From: Armatimonadota bacterium
GTDB lineage: Bacteria; Armatimonadota; SYMT01
Length of the DNA: 64,000 bases
Reading direction: 5' to 3'
Assembly (NCBI GenBank): GCA_046292385.1
Contig: JBKBRF010000037.1
Location: forward strand, 1 to 64,000
The notes beneath the pieces are model-generated. The model was not told the DNA's origin, ran no database searches, and worked only from the letters and a program-made list of their open reading frames with translations. The position numbers and the translations under genes are program-made. Shown here piece after piece: positions 29,512 to 38,844 of this stretch (within the stretch, counting starts at the first letter, position 1; each line of letters opens with the position of its first letter).

Positions 29512-30156
29512 ATGGCTTCCCCGCCCCCCTTTCCCGGCTTCGAGCCGGCTGACTTCGAGCTGTTCCAGATTCCCGACTTCGCGGGACGGATGGCCGCCAT
29601 CCGCGCGCAGTTGCGACCGAAGCTGGTGCTCCTGGGAGAGGCGCTGGCAGAGCGGGTCGCGGCGGAAGTAGAGGGGCCGGTCTTTCCCCACGTGGCCCAG
29701 CACATGCGCCGGCGCGTGAACCCGCCCGCGGAGACGTGGGTCGCCTTCGGGCGCGACCGGAAGGGATACAAGCGGTGGACCCACTACCGCGTGGCGGTGA
29801 GCGAGGCGGGAGTGCGGGTGACCGTGTTCGTGGAAGATGACGCCGACGACAAGCCGGCCTTCGGCGCGCGGCTGGCGGAAAGTGCCGCGGAGCTTCACCG
29901 ATCCCTCTCCGCCGCACCCGGCCTGACCTGGTTCACCTTTGGCGAGGCGCCGGTTCCGTACGCCGAGCTAACGCCGGAGCGCCTTCAGCAGGAGGGGGAG
30001 CGCCTGGCGACCCGCAAGACCGCCAAGTTCCAGGCCGGCATACCGCTGCCCGCCTCGGAGGCTCTCGCGCTCTCTCCCGACCAATTCGAGGCGTGGGCGC
30101 TGGAGCAGGTCCGCCTGCTGAAGCCGCTCTACCTCGCCGGGGTCTCCCGCGCCTGA
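29512..30156 (+). CDS. DUF1054 (YktB-like) protein
   Basis: RPKL..FPHVAQHMRRRVNPPAETWVAF..GYKRWTHY. Confidence 0.8.
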   Translation: MASPPPFPGFEPADFELFQIPDFAGRMAAIRAQLRPKLVLLGEALAERVAAEVEGPVFPHVAQHMRRRVNPPAETWVAFGRDRKGYKRWTHYRVAVSEAGVRVTVFVEDDADDKPAFGARLAESAAELHRSLSAAPGLTWFTFGEAPVPYAELTPERLQQEGERLATRKTAKFQAGIPLPASEALALSPDQFEAWALEQVRLLKPLYLAGVSRA

Positions 30157-30180
30157 TCCGGCGCGCCTCAGCTAGACCAC

Positions 30181-30216
30181 GAAGAGAGGGGCTCCCGTCC
30201 GGGAGCCCCTCTCTTC
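30181..30216. terminator. Hairpin between convergent genes, probable bidirectional terminator
   Basis: gaagagaggggctccc-gtcc-gggagcccctctcttc. Confidence 0.75.
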
Positions 30217-30243
30217 GTGTCAGACCAACTTTGCGGGACCGCG

Positions 30244-31002
30244 TTAGCCGGTGCGGCGGGCGGCCCAGTGGCAGGAGTTGGCGATGATCTGCTGGACCGA
30301 CGGGTGGTACCAGGTGGGGAACGTCTCATGGCCCGGCCGGAAGTAGAAAAGCCGGCCCTTGCCCACCTCGAAGCAGGCGCCCGAGCGGAAGCGCGGCAGG
30401 ATGCCGTTCTTACCGCCCTTGGAGAAGACGGAGAAGAAGACCAGCGCGTCCGGCTCCGGAATGCCGAACGGCTCGTCGTAGAACTCCTCTTCCGGCAGGG
30501 CGAAGTCGGTGATGCCCTTCGCAATAGGGTGGGCCGGGTTCACCACGTAGACCGTCTCCTGGCCGCCGTCGCCCACGCCGCCGAGGTCGCCGGAGGAGTT
30601 GAGCGCCTTCTTCAGCACCTTGGAGTAGTGGGAGGAGTGCAGGGCGAGGAAGCCGAGGCCGTGGTTCTTCATCCGGTCGACGATCGCGTTGACGCGCTCG
30701 TCCCGCACCTCGCCGTGCTTCTGGTGACCGAACCAGGCGAGGACGTCGGTCTGGGCGAGCACGGAGTCGCTCACGCCCTGGTCCGCGTCCTGCAGCGCCG
30801 CCACCTTCGCCTGGATGCCCGGCTGCTTGTTCAGGTAGTCTGCCAGGGCGCCGTTGATGCCCTTGGGGTAGACGCCCTTCGGCTCGGTCATCTCGGACCA
30901 GCAGAGGACCCGGATGGGCCCCTGCGCCGACGCCTGCTGCGCGCCCACGAGGCCGGCGCCCGCCGCCGCGGTGACCGCCCCGAGTAGATCTCTACGATTC
31001 AT
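30244..31002 (-). CDS. Tat-exported ThuA (trehalose utilisation) domain protein
   Basis: MNRRDLL; YPKGI, DVLAWFGH, LHSSHYSK, EEFYDEPF, FYFRPGHETFP. Confidence 0.88.
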   Translation of the reverse strand: MNRRDLLGAVTAAAGAGLVGAQQASAQGPIRVLCWSEMTEPKGVYPKGINGALADYLNKQPGIQAKVAALQDADQGVSDSVLAQTDVLAWFGHQKHGEVRDERVNAIVDRMKNHGLGFLALHSSHYSKVLKKALNSSGDLGGVGDGGQETVYVVNPAHPIAKGITDFALPEEEFYDEPFGIPEPDALVFFSVFSKGGKNGILPRFRSGACFEVGKGRLFYFRPGHETFPTWYHPSVQQIIANSCHWAARRTG

Positions 31003-31195
31003 CACTGGAAGTGTGCTCCAAAGTCGAGTCGCGGCGCGAGGGCCGAAGAGGCGTCCGTTGCCGCTGCCTGCTCCTGGTAGCTTGGACACCGGAGCGCTCT
31101 GCCCCTTCACCAGCGAGCAACAGAATGTAGCATGCGCTCCATGGGTATAGCCGTCCCGTCCGGCACCCTGCCGGGCCGCAGGCGGAGGGGTCGGC

Positions 31196-33058
31196 ATGGG
31201 AGTCGCACGCGGGGAGCTGCTCCGGCAGCTGCGGGAGCAGTTCGGGTTCGAGGAGTTCCGGCCGGGTCAGGAAGAGATCATCCGTGCGCTCCTGGATGGC
31301 GAAGACGTGCTGGCGGTGCTGCCGACCGGCGCCGGAAAGTCGCTCGTCTTCCAGCTCGCCTCGCAGCTCCTGCCGGGGGTGACGGTGGTCGTCTCCCCGC
31401 TCATCGCGCTGATGAAGGACCAGACCGATGCCGCCGAGGAGCGGGGGCTGGAGGCCGGGCTGATGAACAGCACCCGCACGGAAGCGCAGGCGGAGGAGGA
31501 GCTGCGTCTGGCGGAAACGAGCCGCTCCCGCCTGCTCTACGTGACCCCGGAGCGGCTGGAGGACCCGGAGCTGCTTTCCCGCCTGCGCGAGGCGGGAGTC
31601 GCGCTCCTGGCGGTCGACGAAGCCCACTGCCTCTCCGAATGGGGACACGACTTTCGCCCCGCCTACCTGGTGCTGGGGGAGGCGGTCCGCCGCCTCGGCC
31701 GTCCGCAGGTCCTGGCCCTCACCGCCACCGCGACCCCGTGGATCCGCCGGGAGCTGATCGAGAAGCTCGGGATGCGCGAGCCGCTGGTGGTGGTCCACGG
31801 CATCGACCGCCCGAACCTCTACCTGGAGGTACGCCGGGTGGAGCGGGAGGACGAGGACCGGCGCGTGCTCCGCAGCCTGCTGGTCGAGCGAGAGGGAGAC
31901 GAGCCCGCGCGTCCCCCCGAGCTGGCCCACGTTATGGAAGGCCCCGGCATCGTCTACACCGCCACCACCCGGGGCGCGGCGGAGACGGCGGAGTGGCTGC
32001 GGGAGTGGGGGATCGAGGCGGACTTCTACCACGGCCAACGGAAGAAGAGCGACCGGGAGCGCGTGCAGGAGGGTTTCATGAGCGGCGAGCTGCGAGCGAT
32101 TGCCGCCACCAGCGCCTTCGGGCTGGGGATCGACAAGCCGGACGTGCGCTGGGTGATCCACCGGGACGTGCCCGCCAGCCTGGAGGAGTACTACCAGGAG
32201 GCCGGACGGGCGGGCCGCGACGGCGAGCCGGCCTGCTGCGTGCTGATCTTCCGCGCCGGCGACCTCGGCCGCGCCACCTTCCTCTCCGCCGGCAGCCGGA
32301 TCTCAATCGACGACCTCCGCCGCGTCCGCAAGGCGTTCAAACGGCGCGAGGAGTGGACCGCGGAGGAGCTGCAGGGGGAGACGGAGCTCGGCAAGGGCAA
32401 GCTGCGCCGGCTGCTGAGCCGCCTGCGAGAAGAGCGGATCGTCGCCAGCGCCGCCGGCCGGATCCGCGTGCTGCGGGCCGACTTCGATCCGGAGCGGGTC
32501 CGCCTCGACACCGAGGAGAGCCGCCGGGCCTTCGAGCGCAGCCGCCTGCAGATGATGCGCGGCTACGCCGAGCGGTGGGACTGCCGCCGCGCCTACCTGC
32601 TGCGCTACTTTGGGGAGGAGCCCGCCTCCGAGCGCTGCGGCTTCTGCGACAACGACCGGGCCGCCGAGGCTACCGCCGAAGAGCCAGCCAGGGAGGCGAC
32701 GTTCGCGCCCGGCACCCGCGTGCGCCACCCCGAGTGGGGCGAGGGACGGGTGGTCGCGGAAGACGGCACCACCCTGCACGTAGAGTTCGCCACCGCCGGC
32801 GAGAAGCGCCTGGAGGCGAGCGTGGTCGCCGAGCGCGGCCTGCTCCAGTCCCTGGGCGGCGCGCTTCCGCCGCTGGAGTCGGAGACGAGCGACGCCGGGC
32901 TGCGAGCTGGAGACGCCGTCACCCACCCCGACTACGGAGACGGAGAGGTGCAGAGCGTGACGGACGCCGCCGTGACGGTGCTCTTCGAGACCGCCGGGTA
33001 TCACGTCCTGGACCGGAAGGTGGTCGAGGAGCGGGATCTATTGCGCCCCGCGGCCTGA
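31196..33058 (+). CDS. recQ: RecQ family helicase with tandem C-terminal beta domains
   Basis: LPTGAGKS, VDEAHCLSEWGHDFRP, QEAGRAGRDG, CRR..CGFCDND. Confidence 0.93.
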   Translation: MGVARGELLRQLREQFGFEEFRPGQEEIIRALLDGEDVLAVLPTGAGKSLVFQLASQLLPGVTVVVSPLIALMKDQTDAAEERGLEAGLMNSTRTEAQAEEELRLAETSRSRLLYVTPERLEDPELLSRLREAGVALLAVDEAHCLSEWGHDFRPAYLVLGEAVRRLGRPQVLALTATATPWIRRELIEKLGMREPLVVVHGIDRPNLYLEVRRVEREDEDRRVLRSLLVEREGDEPARPPELAHVMEGPGIVYTATTRGAAETAEWLREWGIEADFYHGQRKKSDRERVQEGFMSGELRAIAATSAFGLGIDKPDVRWVIHRDVPASLEEYYQEAGRAGRDGEPACCVLIFRAGDLGRATFLSAGSRISIDDLRRVRKAFKRREEWTAEELQGETELGKGKLRRLLSRLREERIVASAAGRIRVLRADFDPERVRLDTEESRRAFERSRLQMMRGYAERWDCRRAYLLRYFGEEPASERCGFCDNDRAAEATAEEPAREATFAPGTRVRHPEWGEGRVVAEDGTTLHVEFATAGEKRLEASVVAERGLLQSLGGALPPLESETSDAGLRAGDAVTHPDYGDGEVQSVTDAAVTVLFETAGYHVLDRKVVEERDLLRPAA

Positions 33059-33174
33059 CGACTTGGCCGAGATCCAGCCCGCGCGAGCTCACCGGAGGAG
33101 GGTCATGTCCGCCGGGCGAGCCAACCCCGCCTCTTCGCGATACGATCGTGCAGGAAAGTGAGTGGAGAGTTCGC

Positions 33175-33597
33175 GTGATCCGTCCGTACGAGCCCCGAGA
33201 CACCGAAGCGATTCTGGAGATCTGGTACCGCGCCTCCGTCATCGCGCACGACTTCATCCCGGCCGAGTACTGGCGGGCGGAGTTGGAGAACGTTCGGAAC
33301 ACCTACCTCCCCCTGGCGGATACCTGGGTCTACGAGGAAGAGGGCGAGGTCCGCGGCTTCATTTCGCTCCTGGAGAGCCACGTCGCCGCGCTCTTCGTGC
33401 GGCCGGAGAGCCAGGGACAGGGAATCGGAAGGCAGCTCCTTCAACACGCTCGGAGCCTGCGAGGCCGCCTCTCGCTCGACGTCTTCACAGAAAACGTGAG
33501 ATCTCGAGCGTTCTACGCGCGGTGCGGTTTTAGGGAGACCAAAGAAAGCCTCCACGTGCCGACCGGGCGCCTCCAGGTACGAATGGAGCTCGAGTAA
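33175..33597 (+). CDS. GNAT acetyltransferase
   Basis: VRGFISLL..ALFVRPESQGQGIGRQLL..SRAFYARCGF; only the 3' end of the 821-aa ORF. Confidence 0.9.
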   Translation: MIRPYEPRDTEAILEIWYRASVIAHDFIPAEYWRAELENVRNTYLPLADTWVYEEEGEVRGFISLLESHVAALFVRPESQGQGIGRQLLQHARSLRGRLSLDVFTENVRSRAFYARCGFRETKESLHVPTGRLQVRMELE

Positions 33598-33634
33598 GGG
33601 GGTGGGCCCCGGGCGTCCTCGCCGGAGGTCTCGT

Positions 33635-33964
33635 TCAGCGCCCCGCCCCAGCCCGGCGCCACCCGCGGCAGAACCAGTAGACACAGGCGAGCAGACAGAA
33701 GAGGTAAAACGCGGGGAACATCAGCGCGGCGAAGAGCGGCACCCTCCGGACCCCAAAGCGCGTGTCGATAGGCGCTCGGGTCTCCCAGCGAAAGCCGTGC
33801 CGCACCCCTGCCTGGACCGGCTCCCGTCCGGTGTGGACCACGATCCACGACAGGCCGGCTGCAGTCAACAACAGCACGAGGCCCTCCCGAAGCAGCCAGC
33901 GCCGCTGCCTCTCCTTCCGCGGCGCCGCGGTGCGGAACGAGTCCGCGTCATCCCATCCGAGCAT
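33635..33964 (-). CDS. Small membrane protein
   Basis: GGAGG RBS, ATG 33964, two hydrophobic segments. Confidence 0.55.
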   Translation of the reverse strand: MLGWDDADSFRTAAPRKERQRRWLLREGLVLLLTAAGLSWIVVHTGREPVQAGVRHGFRWETRAPIDTRFGVRRVPLFAALMFPAFYLFCLLACVYWFCRGWRRAGAGR

Positions 33965-34114
33965 TCGCCCTCCTACACCGCAGGCTCCCACGCCGAGCCC
34001 GCTCCTAGGAACGGGGGAGCCCCGCCGTGGTTGCGCGCCGGGTCGTCGCAGACGCGGAGCCTGGAGAGGAGCCCCGCCGCTGTGGATCGGGGACGGGTCT
34101 CCGACCGCGAGGTC

Positions 34115-34355
34115 CTTGAGCGCCACGAAGACCTGGGATCCGCCCTCGACCGGTGACGGTGCTATCACCGCGGCCGCCGTTATGGTCCCCGGCGCCGCGC
34201 TGGGCGATCTCGCCATCGCCGGCTCACCGCCCGCACGGCCGACCTGGCGATCCTCTCTGCGCACCTGACCGCCGCCGACACGGTGACTGGCGCGCTGCTC
34301 AACAAGACCGGCGGCGCACTGGATGTGACCAGGGCCACCTTGCGCCTCGGGGGTG
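34115..34355 (+). pseudogene. Frameshifted relic of a phage structural (tail fibre-type) gene
   Basis: LSATKTWDPPSTGDGA..VPGAALGD in one frame, then ILSAHLTAADTVTGALLNKTGGALDVTRATLRL in another. Confidence 0.55.
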
Positions 34356-34743
34356 GAAGCACTCGCTTCTTAACCGAGCCCGAAGCCTTGCTACGCCTTG
34401 CTCTGCTGCCGCTTCCCAAAGTAGTCGGCGCACCACCTCCGGCTCTCGGCTGTCCCAGCGGAGAGTAAGCTCCGCCAGGGCATCCCAGTCCTCCATCGCC
34501 AGCGGAACGACTTCTCGTGCGGCACCCCTGCCGATCCGCCTCGCTCTGGGGGTCTTCTGCGGCGTGTCCATAGCTGCGTATACCGGCGAAGCGAGCTTTC
34601 TCTGACGGATTCAGCAAGAGCTATCTTGTCGGAGTGCGTCCGCTGCGCGTCTGGGAGAGACATTAGCCGAGCAACGGGAACGGCGCGGAGCGCGACTACA
34701 CTCTCCACCTACTGATCCACCCTAACTAAGGGGGCTTCCACCC

Positions 34744-35181
34744 TTAGATATCAGCTCCCCGGAGGGAGTCGATGAAGCGTTTTCGGTTAACCGCGTTGCG
34801 GATCCGAAGCTGCAGCTCTCGCACTTTGAGGGGTTTGAAAATGACGTCGTCGGCTCCCGCATCGAGTGCCACTTCCACCGCCACATCCTCTGCAAGTCCG
34901 GTGATGAGAAAGATTGGAACATGGAACGTTGATGGGTCACTTTTCAGCGCGCGGCAGACCGCAAAGCCATCCAGGTTCGGCATCATCAGGTCCGTCAAGA
35001 CGAGATCGGCACCAGCGTTGAGGACCTCGCTAATTGCTCCCTGCCCACTAGAAACCTCGACCACCTGTCCCCCGATCGCCCTGACCACGTCGCGCAGGAG
35101 CGAGCGAGTGCCAGTTTCATCGTCGGCGACGACTACTTTGAATGTGCCGTTTATATAGTTGACTGCTGACCCTGGTTCCAC
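34744..35181 (-). CDS. Stand-alone response regulator receiver domain
   Basis: VVVADD, LVLTDLMMPNLDG, ITG, GADDVIFKP; visibly lower GC. Confidence 0.88.
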   Translation of the reverse strand: MEPGSAVNYINGTFKVVVADDETGTRSLLRDVVRAIGGQVVEVSSGQGAISEVLNAGADLVLTDLMMPNLDGFAVCRALKSDPSTFHVPIFLITGLAEDVAVEVALDAGADDVIFKPLKVRELQLRIRNAVNRKRFIDSLRGADI

Positions 35182-35318
35182 GCAGAACTTCCTCCTAATC
35201 GCATTTAATTCGCCGACACGATGGTCGTGGCGCGTGCATATGGATTATGTGAGTCATGGTCTCAGTCTCCAGCCCGAACTGTGTAATTACCGCGGCGAAA
35301 GACGCTAATTGCCTGCAT

Positions 35319-35608
35319 TTACCGCAACTGGCGGCACCAAGCCAAGACCTCTGAAGCGTCGACGATCACCGCGGACCCACTGACCAGCCCTGCCCCGTAC
35401 TCTCGAGTGAACCGGTCCGTGAGTTCGATGTTGCGCCGCACCAACTCCGGCGCCCAGGTCTCCCGTCCTCCATCGCTACCCACCCCCGCTCCTCGCCGTA
35501 GTGCAGCTCCGGGAAGCCGGTGCCGACATGGCCGGCGCGTGCCAGATCCGGCGCGCGGAAGCCGGTGTTGACCAGCAGGTCCAACTCGTGTTCGGGGATG
35601 ATGAGCAT
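35319..35608 (-). pseudogene. Probable frameshifted small gene downstream of the integrase relic
   Basis: MLIIPEHELDLL.. in one frame continues as ETWAPELVRRNIELTDRF.. in another. Confidence 0.4.
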
Positions 35609-35614
35609 GGCTAC

Positions 35615-35910
35615 TCACTTCAGCTTCAGCCGATCCGCCGGGCTGTGCTTGCGGTGCTACCCCTTGATGTCAGCCGGGGCCAGCACCACGTAGCGGTTCA
35701 TCATCGCGCGGGAGGTGTCGCCGAGCAACGCCTTCTGCGTAAAGATGGCCCGTCGCCCCGGATGACGCTGTTGGCGAAGGTATGCGGCGAGCAGCGCGCG
35801 GATTCCACGCCGGCGGTCCGGCCCAGGCGGTTGATGAGCGGCCGCAGCCCGCGGCGGGTGAGGGCGTCGCCGGCGTCCACGACGCGAGCGGAGGGGAAGA
35901 GGGGGCGCGG
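35615..35910 (-). pseudogene. Tyrosine recombinase/integrase C-terminal fragment, frameshifted
   Basis: PLFPS..LTRRGLRPLINRLGRTAGV..CSPHTF / IFTQKALLGDTSRAMMNRY / HRKHSPADRLKLK* across frameshifts. Confidence 0.8.
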
Positions 35911-36034
35911 TAGCCGGACACGGACGCCCGAGAAGAGCCTCCGCGGGGATCGGATTATAAACGGATGAGAAGACGGGGGACCGACCACCCGAAGAGGTGG
36001 TACGATCCCCTGCAATCTAGCTACGAAGATGGGA

Positions 36035-36076
36035 TGGGCAGTGAGGGACTTGAACCCCCGACCACCTGTGTGTAAG
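36035..36076 (-). other. 3' half of tRNA-Val(TAC), probable prophage att core
   Basis: cttacac-acagg-tggtc-ggggg-ttcaagt-ccctc-actgccca: anticodon loop, T-arm and acceptor 3' strand, no 5' half upstream. Confidence 0.85.
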
Positions 36077-36088
36077 GAAGGTCGGTAT

Positions 36089-36119
36089 TTTTGTGCCTAA
36101 ATTCGCCCGTTTTGTGCCT
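36089..36119. promoter_or_regulatory. Direct repeats TTTTGTGCCT x2, candidate integrase arm-type sites
   Basis: 36089-36098 and 36110-36119, 21-bp period, just inside the att core. Confidence 0.5.
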
Positions 36120-36166
36120 GGAAGGGTCTCCCGCTGACCTCGGTTTTTGACGAACAAAGGTGGCTA

Positions 36167-38038
36167 TTATAATCCGCGTCTCTGGCCGCGGTTTCGGGGC
36201 TTGGGGCTGTTGCTCGGAGAGTCCAAGCTGTCGAGTTCCTGGGATAGCCGCCGCAGTAGAGCGTCTGCGGATTCCCGGTCCAGCTCATCAAAGAGGCCAG
36301 CCATCGGGACTGTAGGAGGCACGGACTTGCCGTTTCGGATGCGTTCTGCGAGCATCATTCCGAACTTTCGCCAGTAGTAGGCATCATCCGGCTCCCGATC
36401 GAAGTAGCCTTGCTCCCGCTGCATCTCGGCGATGGCTGGCATGGCCCCCGCTACCGCAGAGCGCACCGCTTGGTTCGCAGCTTCGTAGAATTCCTCCACG
36501 TCGTCGCGGGGATCAAGTTCGACGCCGCTAAACCAAGACGGTTCGGGCTCCGAATAATCCATCAGATGCTGCTCTAGCTCGGTGATGATCCGCTCCACAT
36601 CCGCGGGGGTAGACGCATCGGTGAGTGGATCGGAAAAGGTTGTGACGTACCATGGGGCGTTCACGAAGCCCAGCCGACGAAGAAGCTCATCCGCCCTGCG
36701 CCTAAACGCGAGGTGCGGATCCCAGCTCCTATGCCCCAGCAGGACCATGATCTGATTGCGGGAGACTCGATCCGCGCGCAATGCATCTAGAACTGCGCAC
36801 AAGGCTTTGAAGCCAGGCGGCTCGCCAGCGAGCGTTTGGCGTACCGTCTGGATGGGGATGTTACCCGCCTCGGCTATGTCCTCGGCGGACAAGTCTCCCG
36901 CGAGATCCGCCATGTAGTCCCGAACCCGCTCCTTGGCATCTCGCAGTCGGAAGCGATCCCAGGCGCGCGGCATATGGAGCCTGGGAGCTGACGGACTGAC
37001 GAAGGTCGCGTACCTCCGCTCGACCTCCATCAGTGCGTTCGCGAGTTCGTCCTCGCTCATGGCTCGAAGCGCCGCTAGGCTCGGAACCCGAAGGAAGCGG
37101 ATTACATCGAAGCTGGTTCGATGCTGCTCTAGGCGCGCTTTCCCCAGGATTTCGACCACATCCCTTAGGAATAGGGTTTCAGGCGCGTCCTCATCCCAGG
37201 CGCCTGGCCGAGACAGATCCTCTAGCCGTTCTTCGAGGTCATCAATGAACTGGCGCACGTGCGCCGGGTTCATCAAGGCCATCTCTTCGGGGTCTGGCAC
37301 TTGGAGAGCCGCGAGCAGCTTCGTCCTTCCGTATCGCCGCGCCAGATCCACAGTCAACGCAGCTATCGCGCTGGATGGATCCCAAGCACCCGCGCCGGCG
37401 TGATGAAGGAGATCGGCTGCCGCCACCCCGGAAAGCTCCGCCCTCACGATCCAGGTGAGCAACGTCGGCCGCGACGGGACAATCCCGGCGAAAGCGTTCT
37501 CCACCTCATCGCGAGTAGCCCCGACCGCTTCGGCGAATGTGGCAGCGTCTCGGGCTCCGGCGGCACGAACCAGTGCATCTCCAAACTCCGCCGACACCGA
37601 GACGTTGGATGTGTGCTCGACAAAGTTCAGGGCTACGCGGCGAGCGATCTCATAGGCCTGCTCGTTGCTGATCACCCCCGCCGGGGCAGGGATGGCGGTT
37701 TGGCCGCGGGGGGTGCGATACGCTCCCGCACCGGCGATGTAACACAGCCAGTCCTCGGCGAGCTGCTCCCACTCTTCATCAGTCGCGGCGGCGTCGGCTC
37801 CGTAGGCCTCTTGGATCTCGTGCCGGTACCGGAGCAGGATGTCTTCAGCGTAGGCCCGCGCCAGAGTGCGCACACTCTCGGGCCGACCGAACACCCCCTT
37901 CTTCATGTCAAGGATCGTGGTGTTCGATAGCTCGCCTCCACTGCGAGCTACCCGGAGGGCGGCCTTGTTCCCAGACACTCCCGCGAGAATCCCGTCCGGC
38001 TCCCCCAGGACTTCCTTTAGTCGCTCGCTGTAGGCCAC
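36167..38038 (-). CDS. Large multi-HTH repressor-like protein (~623 aa)
   Basis: GTG start after GGGAGAG; three XRE-like HTH segments and internal repeats; CI position. Confidence 0.7.
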   Translation of the reverse strand: MAYSERLKEVLGEPDGILAGVSGNKAALRVARSGGELSNTTILDMKKGVFGRPESVRTLARAYAEDILLRYRHEIQEAYGADAAATDEEWEQLAEDWLCYIAGAGAYRTPRGQTAIPAPAGVISNEQAYEIARRVALNFVEHTSNVSVSAEFGDALVRAAGARDAATFAEAVGATRDEVENAFAGIVPSRPTLLTWIVRAELSGVAAADLLHHAGAGAWDPSSAIAALTVDLARRYGRTKLLAALQVPDPEEMALMNPAHVRQFIDDLEERLEDLSRPGAWDEDAPETLFLRDVVEILGKARLEQHRTSFDVIRFLRVPSLAALRAMSEDELANALMEVERRYATFVSPSAPRLHMPRAWDRFRLRDAKERVRDYMADLAGDLSAEDIAEAGNIPIQTVRQTLAGEPPGFKALCAVLDALRADRVSRNQIMVLLGHRSWDPHLAFRRRADELLRRLGFVNAPWYVTTFSDPLTDASTPADVERIITELEQHLMDYSEPEPSWFSGVELDPRDDVEEFYEAANQAVRSAVAGAMPAIAEMQREQGYFDREPDDAYYWRKFGMMLAERIRNGKSVPPTVPMAGLFDELDRESADALLRRLSQELDSLDSPSNSPKPRNRGQRRGL

Positions 38039-38127
38039 TTTTTCTCTCCCTTGCCTGGCTCTCGGGGTCAGTTTACCGCCGCATCCAGCAATTCCGGCAA
38101 CAACCGGGCTTACTAACGCCAAATATC

Positions 38128-38177
38128 GTTGCCAAGTTTCCCTGTTAGCGATATAGATGTCAGGGAAGTTCGGCAAC
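38128..38177. promoter_or_regulatory. Imperfect inverted repeat in the divergent control region, candidate operators
   Basis: gttgccaagtttccctg (38128-38144) / cagggaagttcggcaac (38161-38177). Confidence 0.45.
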
Positions 38178-38204
38178 AGCGGAACTCCCGGTTGAGGAGC
38201 TGGG

Positions 38205-38474
38205 ATGAAACTACTCAGAAGTCGGAAGCTGCGAGCCCTGCAGCTCGCCTATGGCAAGCCCTGGTGGCAAGTCGCGATCGATGCGGCGGCGAGCGCGGAG
38301 CTTCAAGCCGACGTGGCCGACCGGTGGACGATGGCCGCGCAGACGATCGCACCTGGAGTCCAGTACTCAAAACACGACGTGTGCAAGTTCATTCGTCGCG
38401 CGGTGGAGATGCAGCAGCAGCGTGACCCGGAGAGCGTCCGTCATTTGCTGGATGACACGAGGGTCGCCGCGTGA
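38205..38474 (+). CDS. Small phage protein in Cro position
   Basis: GAGGAG RBS; first gene of the rightward operon. Confidence 0.65.
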   Translation: MKLLRSRKLRALQLAYGKPWWQVAIDAAASAELQADVADRWTMAAQTIAPGVQYSKHDVCKFIRRAVEMQQQRDPESVRHLLDDTRVAA

Positions 38475-38752
38475 CTGCCAGCCCCGCACGCCAAGCCAGA
38501 GAGGCTGCCGGCTTCACCTTGGAAGCCGCGGCTAGGTGCGCCAACCTGAAACCCGAGACGCTTGCGGCATACGAGCGCACGGGCAGATTCGGTTGGGCAA
38601 CCGCACAGAGGCTGGCGCGGGTGTATGGGGCAAGGATCGAGAGCTTCTTGCCGCCACCCGGAAGACAGCGGAAGCCCGGGTCTCGCGTGGGGGGAGGGGA
38701 TTGCCGCCCTTCCCCCCGGGGCCAGGCGCAGCAGCGAGGGGTGCGGCTGTAA
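38471..38752 (+). CDS. XRE-family HTH protein
   Basis: RQAREAAGFTLEAAARCANLKPETLAAYERTG. Confidence 0.8.
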   Translation: MTASPARQAREAAGFTLEAAARCANLKPETLAAYERTGRFGWATAQRLARVYGARIESFLPPPGRQRKPGSRVGGGDCRPSPRGQAQQRGVRL

Positions 38753-38844
38753 ACGAGTTCGACCCCCTTCGGTGGCACGAAAGGGGCCGACATCACACCA
38801 GCGGGAGCGCCAACTCCCGCCCCGATCTCCAGAAGGAGACTCGT

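Noticed and set aside
31132..33597. 821-aa ORF as a large GNAT fusion
   Set aside because: Upstream part is an off-frame shadow of recQ; only 33175-33597 looks like a real protein
36035..36110. Intact tRNA-Val gene
   Set aside because: No D-arm or acceptor 5' strand, and the anticodon stem 5' side does not pair
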